A stretch of 64,000 nucleotides of DNA from Ruditapes philippinarum. Taxonomy: Eukaryota. A model generated the notes under the pieces. That model was not told where the DNA came from. It saw nothing but the letters and a program-made list of their open reading frames with translations, and searched no databases. The position numbers and the translations under genes were made by a program. The stretch is from the NCBI RefSeq assembly GCF_026571515.1, contig NW_026863406.1, positions 1 to 64,000 on the forward strand, read 5' to 3'. Positions 1-11,800 of this stretch are shown one piece after another; within the stretch, counting starts at the first letter, position 1, and each line of letters opens with the position of its first letter.

Positions 1-646
1 CAGGCATCTTAGATACTAGTGCTAAAAATACCTTATTGCCTAAGTAAAACCTCTTGGACAAGTGTTTGATAGAGAAGAGTTTATTTGAAAACATTATTAG
101 AAGAATCAGTTTTTGAACGTTTTATGATAAGAGTTTGTTGATTTGAAATATAAAAGTTAGAAATAGGAGATAGGTTTAGGAATGTAAATTTTAGTTTGTT
201 TGAAAGTAAGAGTAAATAGAGTTTTATTGTTTCTTGAAATATATATTTTGAATGATTTAAGTATTAGTTGAAGATTGTTATTTTTGCATTTTATAATTTC
301 TAAAGTTTTTATTAAGTTAATATATAATCAAAAGGTTAAGAAACCAGAAGGAAAATTTATATAAAATATTTCAAATCATTTCGGATAAGTATCCCAAGAA
401 AAATTATATATTTACATTTGAGAATCTTGTGGTTTAAAATAATTTTATTTTGTAGCACTTGAATAATTAATCAACAGCTTGATACACGCTACAAATGTAC
501 TCATGTAATAATGTTACTTTGATAAATTGAAAATCCGCAATGGGGGCCTTAACTTCATATTACTTGTATTAAGAAACATTATTAAATTATTAAAAAAAAA
601 GAAAACAGTTTGTTGATTTACTAAAGAAAATCATTGTTATAATCAT

Positions 647-737
647 ATTGTGGCGAATCGTTATTTAACTGTGGCGAATCGTTATAACTTTGTGGCAAAT
701 CATTATGTGGCGAATCGTTAGTGTGGCGAATCGTTAT
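647..737. repeat. Short tandem TGTGGCGAATCGTTA repeats (probable DNA-transposon subterminal repeats)
   Basis: Five copies of the motif; comparable arrays at 56830-56928 (GTCCGAAAYGTCC, ending TTACCG) and 63540-63620 (GGTCAACTCGTCCC). Confidence 0.6.
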
Positions 738-2820
738 TAATTCCTCCCAAATAAGTGTGCAAAGCTGCAAGCAAATACCAAAAGTGGTTAATGAGATAAT
801 TATCATATTGCACCAAAGTGTTACACCAATACCTTGGTGAGTAGGATAGCTAAAAATACTTGGCTGTGGTAAACTTGTTAAAATATTTTCCATCATTTCT
901 ACTCTAGTCTTAGTCAGGTTTGCATTATTTCATGCTTGAATTTTTGTATTATATATCAGAATACATAATGAAACATAATTTTGATGAAAAACATTGTTCA
1001 ATGCGGATATTCATTTCTTAATAGATCTATTCAAGAATAGGATTTATATTCTCTAAATTTGTTTTTCTTTCAGTATAAACAAATCTCACCAAAAGATATT
1101 GAGATCATCAACCCAATCTTTGTTTTTTTCAATAACAGTAACAGCATCAAATAAAAATACAGATGTAACATACATGTACAATGTCCTACATTTAAAATCT
1201 AAAACAATCAATTTATCAACACATTAAGAATTAAAAACAAAGCAATTTGTAATGCTTAAGAAATTTACTGGTTAGGACACAGCCATTAGGTACATCTCAT
1301 ATTAATATGTAGAAGAAATGAAAATTTATTTTTACATATGCGCTTCTGTTTTCAGACAGTTGTATACCGCTGATAATGTGTGTCACTTACTCACTGTGTA
1401 TCGCTAACTGAAGTCACTTCAATGTTTTCAACTGTTATTTCATGTTGTTAATACATGTAATTGAAATCTCAGAAAGATAAAATTCTATGAGTGTAAAACT
1501 TTTACAGCTCAATGAATTTAATTTGAATTGTGACCGAAGACCTTTTGCTGCTTACATGGAAAAACTGAAAATGTGAAAATTTCTTAAACTGCATCATATA
1601 ATTAGGAAATAGATATCAATTTTGAGTGCAATGTTGTAGAATAATTAACAGTTCAAGTTCAAATGTGTGGGATTAACTGCAAAGCATTTGAACGATAAAT
1701 TACGTATAATAATGCAAGAAAAATTAATATCTATTCCATTATAGCATGCCATTGGCAATAAATACATGTAAAAAAAACAATTAATAAAATTATGTTTAAC
1801 TACATTGAGCATACGGGTAATTTTGTCAACATTATTAAGTTTATTGATGTCAGATGACATGTAAGCATTTTTTTATCCTGTGCATATATCATGTAATCAT
1901 ATATCACTTGATCTGTTGATCACCCTATCTTTTTGATGGGGGAATATTGTGAAGTGTGTTACAATATCCAACATTGCACCATAGGTATTTTCACAATTCA
2001 AGCTAGTTTCTGAATACATCTCTAAAGGCACTTGCTGGAGGTAATACAGTAGTAAATGGAGGTTTGGCTGACTAAATATGACTTCTGTCTTAAGTTACCA
2101 TATACATGTATATTACTATTTAGTCACAACTGAAAAGGAAATAGTTATTAAACTAAAAAGGACAAATTATTCATCAAGCCATTATTGCTTACCACTCAGT
2201 ATGACTGACTACTTTTCTAAATTTAGAATACAGAACTAATTCCAAGTCACAGTGACCAGGTGACAGTGTGTGAAGTGCAGTTCAATGAGACAATTCATTT
2301 TGATTTAGCAAAAATAATTGTCAACGGCTCCTGCCAGCGATAGCCCAACATATATCTCATTTGATGGAATTGACATATGGTAAAAGCTGAACTTACATGT
2401 CTATTGTGTCGTGATTGAAATGTATAATTCAATGAAACTAGGCTACTCCCAAAATTTGTTGACAATTCGGTGTGTGGTGCTCCGTATAATCTGCACGTTG
2501 TAAATTTTCAATGAGAAGCATGGGTAAACGACTAATATAATTTTTTGAGTAAAATTAACGAAAATTTAACCAATTTAAGTTTGGAGGCTCTTAATATTTT
2601 TGAAATAAAGTATAGATTTAAAATAAGTACATATGACATGTCAAAGTGATGAAAGAAGGTAGTTTATTGTGTTTGTCTTCTATTTTCGCGACATAAATAT
2701 TCTGTAATAACAAATGTTTTGCAATTTTGTATAATTATGTAACATAATGAGTCTGATATTAGTGAAGTAATTTGAATAAAGTTGGGAAATATTTCATTTC
2801 AGATCAAAGCATGGCAAGAA

Positions 2821-5800
2821 ATGGATACATCTAGGACTACCTTTTGTAGATTCTCACCACTAAGAACCCCAGATATGAAGCAAAATCACATTAAAAAGGT
2901 GATAGTTTATTGGAAATGGTAAAAATAATACCGTTACCCTGATACTGATTCTATTTTATTAAAACATATGTCAAGCTGCACATTTTTTTTTCACCTAGTG
3001 ACAATCTGCGCCCAACGGGGGACCGTGACTGCATATAGCTCAGCCTCAGAGTTTAATTGGCACTGCTCTGAAACCCTGAGAAATTCAGGGACGAATTTCA
3101 ATAAAGTAGGGGAGTATGTCACAGTTCAGAACTGTTCACTATTTAGGGGAGATGATGTGTTAGTGGCTGGATAGCTCAGTCGGTGGAGCCACGGTACAGC
3201 ATTCAAAGGGTCCCTTGTTCAAGTCCCGGTCAGGCTGCACATTTTTCTCACCCTGTGACACATACAAGTCATAATGTCTTGGACATTGGGGATAATTTGT
3301 CCCGGATATTAACTAATTAAGTAACTGTCATGGAAACGCCAAGGAGATCATTTATGTCTTGTAAAAGAAAAGAAATTTAAAATGATTTTATTGAAGCAAA
3401 ACTATCACAATTTTAAAGCCACACAGTTTGCAAGGGACTTCAACTGTTTAGTAACCTAGTAAATATATAGGAAATACTGACACTATATGTCACTAATTCC
3501 GTTGATTGTAAATCAGTATGACGCTTTCAACCAAAGAATCGTAAGTTATCAAGACCAATTAAATGATCAATCAGAAGATTGTTTACGGTAATACCATCAG
3601 GGCCATTTGGACAAACATGTCAGTGAATATTATAATTAACAATCAGCCACTGTCAATTGACTCCACCTTTGTCCGGATATTGACTCCACATAATGCTAAC
3701 TTACTGATAACATGATGGAATTTAGTATTCAGAAATTGGCAATTTTTTTAGCAACATACATGTAGATGAAGTTTGTAGAGAAATATCCATACTGCAAATA
3801 GTCTTATGCTAATCTTAGAATGATAGAATTCAGTTATAGAATTCACAGACCCTCACTGCATCCCAAATTGAGAGGTAAACTGCAGGTTAATTTAATGTTT
3901 ATTCTTTGTGTGCCATCATAATATTTGCCCATCAAACATCAGTTGATGCCAATTACCGCTCGAAAATTTTAACTTGTTAATGTGTCTTTCTCTCAATTCA
4001 GGGTTTATAAGTTCAAACTCTTTTGGGGTTATTTCCTTACACAACATTGTTCTGGTGAAGAAGTGCATGGGGCATTTCAGCGGAAAATATTAGCTTTTTT
4101 AGGGGAAAATATACCTATTTTGAGCTAGGGGAAACAGCCTTTATTCGGCTGTAAAAATACAGGGAAAAAATCACTGTAATTTAATGTTTATTCTTTGTGT
4201 GCCATCATATTTGCCCATTGTAAACATCAGTTGATGCCAATTACCGCTCAAAAGTTTTAACTGATGTAAATGTGCCTTTCTCTCAATTCAGGGTTTATAG
4301 GTTCAAGCTCTGTTGGGGTTATATTTCCTTACACAACATTTGCATAATTTTGGTTAGTTAATTTCAGGAAGTGGACTTGAGTATGATATGAAGTTTCAAG
4401 TTTTCATCTGACTCTTAGTCATGTTCATATGTTTAAACTAGCAGGCTAAGAAAATTTGCAGGTCATCTTGAAAATAAGTTCAGACAATAATAAAACCTAA
4501 TGTACTTCCTTACAGCCAAAGTGATACCTGAAATTTACTTTAAAATCTGATGAATGGGGGATATTTACAATGGTCTTGTTATACTGCTTGTAAGAGTGTT
4601 GGACTGTGGATTGGACTTACTGCCGTAATCTGGAGTGAAAACTACCAACACCACCACCACCACCATTTACCCAAATTGAGATGAAACTGCCTTTGTCACC
4701 AGTATTTGTACAGGACAGCCTGCAGTCTGAGTGTTGCTAATAAAACTTTCATCTTGAAATCCCTAATATTGATATTGACAGTTCCAAGATGTGGAAGCTG
4801 GAAAAGTCTTATTTCACAAGTTCAGCAGGTCAATGGTATATTCAGCAGGTCATGGTCAAACATGTAGTATTTTGTTTGGTAAGACGTTTTTTTCAAGTTT
4901 GAAAATAAGATACAATCTAAGAGTTTTTTAAAATGTTTTATGAATTAATATTCTGTTTATTTTCCTAATATAGCTTGACCTACGAGACAAAAATGTGAGT
5001 GACACAGAATCATTAGCATCAGTGGTGACTTCAGATATTCGTAGACTGGCACATTCTGTGACTAAGAAACTGAAGGAGAGTTCAAATGCTGTAATGATGT
5101 CGTCAGATGATGATCTCTTTATATCTCAGGTGAAAGTTTATTAGAACAGATTATTTCTTCAGAGAATATCTCGAGACTTCACTTTATATTGTTATATTAT
5201 ATTTTAGCTTCATCATGTAAGTAGAGAAATATTAATACACTTGCTATACATCTTTGCCTTTATTGTTGTAATGGTCGAAAAAAGTATTGATGTAGGTTAA
5301 CAACATAAGTTCAATCATATGGCTGAGTGGCTAACATATCGGACTCGTAATTTAAGGATAGCTAGCTGCATTGGTTGAAACCCTGTTAGGGGCAGACTGT
5401 TGTTTCTCCCAGCAAGAAACTTTATACTCATTGCTCAGTACTGGTTGGTTCCTGGAATGGATTTGAAAGTGTGTCTATAAGTTTCTTCACAATTAAACTA
5501 AGATAAACTTATTGCAAAATATTTACTTAAACTGTTTTACTCACTTTCGAGGCCTCCACCTGGACTAATCGATATTGGAGTTACATGAGGAAATATGGTC
5601 ATGATTGATGGAAGGCTCAAAACCTTCCTTGGATTGAAAGGCAGACAAATTGTAGACCAAAGCTTCCCGTTTACACTGATACATTTTATTTTAAGAAGGT
5701 TGTTCATTGTGCAACACTGTTACTTTGGTTATAAGTTATAACTCCCAGGATTTGATCTCTGTTTATAATAAAGTTACGACATTTCAATAATAGAGATTTG

Positions 5801-8800
5801 ATGGTCTGCTGTTTAAAAAGCAGACAACCTAGATTACAACCTAGTGCCCTGAATTTTCTTACTTTATAAAACCATAATTTGTGCAATTGTTTGTGCAATT
5901 GAAAATGATGCTAAATATTTTATTTTGTTAAAACTTCAATGATCCTCTTATTCTTAATTTCTAATTCTCACAGAGCAAGAAAGTTTCAAGTCCTAAAAAA
6001 CTGGCAAAGAAAAGGAGTATTTCTGAAAATGATTCTAGCTCTAGAAGTTCCAGCTCTGAGTCAGAAGCAGATGTAATAAAATCACCACCTCGTAAAAATC
6101 AACAGACAGTTTCCCCTAAAAAACGTTGTAGATACGATAGTGGAGATGTAGATCGTGAAAAGAAGTTGAAATCAAGTGTAAAATCTTCATCAAAATCTCA
6201 GAAGAAACAAAACAATAATGATATCATTGAGAATTCTGATGAGTCATCATCTTCTTCAGAGGATGACTCTTCAACAGGGAGGAAGAGTAGCACAAGTTGT
6301 GTTCTTACCTCTGAATCTTCAAAAGGGAGGAGAGAAAGTGCAAGTAGTATGGAGTCGCAAAGTTCAATAGAATATGTGAGGGAAAAAAGTGATTCAAGGT
6401 CAGTTGACAGTAAAGAACGAGGATCAGACTCTGATAGAAGTAGCAGATCTAGTGATAGTGACAGTGACCATGAGAAACACTCTAAGACAAGGAAAACAAG
6501 TCCTTCTAAAAATAAAACACCAAAGAGGAAAGAGAATTCATCATTAAATGAAGGTAGAAAATCAAGGTATGAATAACTTAGTAGCAAAAATTCATGAATC
6601 TATTCATTGTCTAAATATTGTTTTAACCAGTGTTAAAGGCAATGAAATTATTTACATTTACTCTGTGAATGTCAAATCATCATGGGATTTTTAAGTGACA
6701 GTTTAAACCCAGCGATTTATACAAAGAAGCTATCAATCTAGCTTATTTGCAGATGGTTGATGGTTCTACACAAGTGCCAGCTTGGGTCTGATGTAATATG
6801 TTTTTAGACAGGGGGCTATACTTTTGGAGTTATGCGCCTTTTTAACTTTGAATTTTTGTCAAAATTGGATTAACTTTACAGACAAGCACTAACACTGCAT
6901 GTGGTGCTCTTGTTATTGTGCAAGTACATCTTAATTAATCTAAGCATGGTTTGGATTCATAGTAGCTAATGATGATAACTAAAGACAGAGGCAAGTCTGT
7001 AGAATGATGGCTTTTGAAAACTTTTAAGGCAATTCTAAATTTGGCATCAAAGATTTCTTTGAATTATCTATGATATGATTTGTAAGTAACAAAATAAGTA
7101 TAATGATTCTAGGATGGATGTTTACTTAAATGCAATGTGATTCTCACTGAAATTCCTGTTGAAAGTTTTATGTCCATATAATGTATTCACGTGAACCATG
7201 AAACATCATTAGGGTCATAATTTCCCATTGTGAACTTGCTAAATAGTTTAATTTGACTTGGGTTTTTTTTTCAATCTGGATAAAAAACATTCCTCATTTT
7301 TATGGAAAATTTGAAAATATATACAGTGCAGACTGTGATCAAGACGGCACCATTGGATATTTAAAGTCACAACTGATTGCATTTGGGATGTGGGTAGAAT
7401 CTGTTGTGGCCAGCAGACTCAGAGTTATATGCATGAAACACTCTATTTTTATAAAGACAATATTTGTATACTCTAGTAATAGGTTTTCCATCTATTTATA
7501 TCAGGTACAAGATACCGGACAATTTTGAGATAGATGCTTCCGCAAATTACCTCAGTAAAGCTGATATTCAAGGGAAACAACTCTGGTTGATATCGGCGCC
7601 AGATGATGTAAGTATACTTGTTTTTTAAAAACCTGGAAAAGGGGAGATTCCTTTAAGAGCAGTGAAAACATAGCAAATAGTTGACAATTGCAGACTCGGT
7701 TTTATTGAGTCTGTCCATTGGAGGCAATGTAATGTGCAACATCTCTCGCAACCTCTAACACCAGGTTAAGTGAAAGTATTTGAATCAATGATCCTGAAGG
7801 ACCAGAAAAATATGCACGCAAAATTGAAACATATAAAGGTCACCTAGAAGAGAGACCAAATGTGCCCTTTATAGACAAGTGGTCTTTATTTGAGGGTTAC
7901 TCTATTCTATTAAATCAATGAACTGTTGGTGGAAATTGGCCTTTATTTACAGGGTGATCTATAATCAGAGGTGGTTTTTTTTAACACAGGTTTGACTGTA
8001 ACAGCACTGAAATAAAGAATGGAGCAACTTTTTACAGCCGCCACACAGCACTTGACCCCACCTGCTGTTGTTAGTATAAAAGTAGAAAGGGGAGATTGCT
8101 TAAGTTTGCTTTGTTGATGTAATGTGCAGATTTATAAATATTATAATCATTTTGCAGTAAATAATCTGTTTTATCAATGAACCTATAGGAACGGAAAGTG
8201 ATTGGCTTTTGATCAGAGTAGAACCAGGCCAGTCTGTACATCCATGCAGTTTGACCAATTTTCTCTTTATACCCCAAAAACAAAGTTTGGGGGGGTATAT
8301 AGGAGTCACCCGGTGGTCGGGTCGGTTTGGTCGGTCGGTCGGGTCGGGGTTTCAGACGTCCGTTTGCATTTTCCTTGGTCCGGAGCATAACTTGAAAAAA
8401 CTAATGGTTGGAATTCAATATAACTACATAACAATGGTCAAGCACATTGAGAGGAAGTGCAGTGCACAAGAACCATAACCTATCTTGACTAATTACAGAG
8501 TTATTGCCCTTTTTCTTTTCCTTGTCCGGGGCATAACTTGAAAACTACTGGTTGGAATTCAAAACAAACTTTCATTACAATTGTCAAAACAATAAGGGGA
8601 AGTGCAGTGGCACAAGAACCATAACTCTATCTAAAGTAATTACAGAGTTTATTGCCCTTTGTTTGCTTTTCAATTGCCTTCTTTTTTTGATCCGGAGCAT
8701 AACTTGAAGACTAATGGTTGGAATTCAATATAACTACATACAATGGTCAAGCACATTGAGAGTAAGTGCAGTTGCATAAGAACCATAACTCTATCTAAAA

Positions 8801-11800
8801 AGTAATTACAGAGTTATTGCCCTTTATTTCTTTTCCATCTGCTTTCTTTTGTCCGGACCATAAACTTGAAAAACTAATTGTTGGAATTCAATTATAACTT
8901 CATGGTCAATGGTCCAGCACATTGAGAGAAGTGCAGTGCACAAGAACCATAACTCCATTTTGAACTTATTACAGAGTTACTGCCCTTTGTTTTTCTTTTC
9001 CTTGTCCAGAGCATGACTTTAAAACTACTGGTTGGAATTCAAAAACAACTTCATACAATGGTCAGCACAATAAGGGGAAGTGCACTGCACAAGAACCATA
9101 ACTCCATCTTGACTAATTACAGAGTTATTGTCCTTTGTTACTTTTCCATTGCTTTCTTTTTTGTCCGGACCATAACTTGAAGACTTATTGTTGGAATTCA
9201 TTATAACTTCATACAATGGTCAAGCACATTGAGAGGAAGAGCAGTGCATAAGAACCATAACTCCATCTTGACTAATTACAGAGTTACTGCCCTTTGTTAC
9301 TTTTCCTTGTCCAGAGCATAACTTGAAAACTACTGGTTGGAATTCAAAACTACTTTATACAATGGTCAAGCACAATAAAGGGAAGTGCAGAGTGCAGTGC
9401 ACAAGAACCATAACTCCATCTTGACTAATTACAGAGTTATTGCCCTTTGTTACTTTTCCTTGTCCAGAGCATAACTTGAAAACTACTGTTTGGAATTCAG
9501 TACAACTTCATACAGTTGTCAAGGACATTCAAAGAAAGTGCAGTGCACAAGAGTCATAACTCCATTTTGACAAAATACAGAGTTACTGCCCTTTGATACT
9601 TTTCCTTGTCCGAAGCATAACTTAAAACGTACTGGTTGGAATTCAAAACAACTTCATACAATGGTCAAGCACAATAAGAGGAAGTGCAGTGCACAAGAAC
9701 TATAACTCTATCTTCAGTATTTATAGAGTTATTGCCCTTTGTTCTTTTTCTTTGTCTTTCTGGACTTATTACAGAGTAATTCAATTAAACTTCATCAATG
9801 GCCAACCACATTGAAAGGAAATGCAACATACATGAACCACAATTATCTTTAATTGCCCACAACCATAACTCTATGTTTCAATTCTTTTACAAGGTATTCT
9901 GTTACTAGTAACATCCTCATTTCCGAAGCAGACTTGTGGGGGTATTAATCACATTTAGTGATAGTTCTAGTTTACATTTGTAGCTCAATTTTTGTATTTT
10001 GATATTTTTATCCCTTAAACTTTCAATGGACTGTTCCAAATTTAAAGCTGGCACTATCCATTGCACAGATCTAGCAGGTTATGGGTTCACTTATTTCTGT
10101 TTACCTTTCAGTTTGATATATCAACACTGCATAGACAGAAAGTCAACTTGACTGGTTCCAGTATCATAGCAGATGTAAAGTCAGAGGTAAATTATTTACA
10201 CTTTCTTTGTGATTTTAGAGTTTTATGGTGTATAAAGGCTTTAAATAATGGCAGGTGTTAATATGATCTATGACATTTGCAAACCTTGTAGTTACATGAT
10301 TACAGTCCAATCAATCTGACTTAAGTTCAGATCTACTTAAGTTATTTTTTGCATATAGATCTGATTGCGACTGTATTTGTTTTTCTTCCATATTCATTTG
10401 GAATTGTCATTTGGATTTCCAGAGAAAGCTATTTTTAACCAAGCAATCAATCGAAATATCACTGTCCATGGAAGAAAAACTATTTGTTGAATTTTGTTAG
10501 AAAAAAAGTAATTGGAAATAATAATTGGCAATGATTTAATGGGCAAGATTGTTTTGCCAGTTTAACTGCCGGCTATATGTACAACGCCATGTTTGTTCTC
10601 AAAATTGTGAAAATTCCTTTTTCAGTTTTGGTTTTTCAGCAGTAAAAATAAAAAGCTGCATTGCTTTCAAAATTGTGAAAGCTCACCTATGATTGGCTGT
10701 TTAAAAGGACACAAGAAGGTGGCCTCCTATTTTTGTCCATCAGATTCCGATACATGCGTTAATTAGGAGCTGATTTTAATCAGATTGACAGTCCAATCTC
10801 AGCTATTAGAATGGACAGAGACATTTTTGAAAAAAAGTAATTAATGGGTTCAAATAATCCGATTCTAAAGAAAGTGAAACCAGTATTTTTGGAGTTATGC
10901 AGCTTTTTAAGTGACTAGCATTTAAGCCAATGTGGTGCTCTTGTTATAAAATATATATATGTAAAATGGTACTAAAATATCACTGTAAATGATAATGTGC
11001 ATGGATAATATGAAATATTCGTTCTTTAATTGAAATCATTTATTTTTGAACATTTTTAATTGTACAGTTATTGAAACATAAATTACTTGTTTACAAGTAA
11101 TTGTTGGTAAAATTAAAGTTGAATGCAGAGCTATTGTCATGTAATATGCATGGTAGAAGTAATATTGACTGTGTTTATATTGTAGAGGGAGAAACAGTTT
11201 GAAGTTGTTGGAAGACCATTTACAAGCAAGGTAAGTTAACAATAATGGTGAACAAGAAGGTCTTTCTTTTACATGTAGATCAAAGATTCCAGTGGCATTT
11301 TAATCATTAATATTCTTCTTTGATTACACTAGGTTTTTGCTGTTTTATAATTTGTGAAATTGTGGATGGAGTCAGTGAAAACACAGAGTTCTTGTAGTTT
11401 CTGATATGAAAGAGGAAATACAATGCTTTAATGTTTTAATGATGTACTGCATTGGTTTATTGTACATATGTAATTTGTTAGGCCACTTTTGGGTGCCCGT
11501 AAAACACTTAACCTACCATACATGTATGTTGTATAATACAGTAGAGAAAGGTGGACCAAGGGAGGTAATTGTCAATAAACATAGCATCTGCTAGTTATCC
11601 AACTTCACCACCGATGGAGATCAGTTAAAAAATACAAATATAAACTAACTTTTAAGATTGCCAGTCCTAGTTAAGAGAACCTGCAGTTTTATGAAATAGA
11701 CATATAAACTATAACACATCATGAACTTTGTACAGCAATGTGTATCTTATCATTAACTGAGTACAGTAGAGCCTTGCTAATCCGAACCCTTCTAATCCGG

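Noticed and set aside
621-896. 91-aa ORF with NDSPQ repeats
   Set aside because: Translation of the TGTGGCGAATCGTTA tandem motif; no splice or homology support.
3165-3235. Functional tRNA-Lys gene
   Set aside because: The anticodon and acceptor stems do not pair properly, and the sequence lies inside an LTR bounded by a PPT and a TSD.
6198-6587. 129-aa minus-strand ORF (also 31312-31725 and 32095-32493 on +)
   Set aside because: These are antisense shadows of low-complexity coding exons on the opposite strand.
8380-9770. CRISPR-like array
   Set aside because: Entire monomers are repeated with no unique spacers, the context is a eukaryotic intron, and there are no cas genes.
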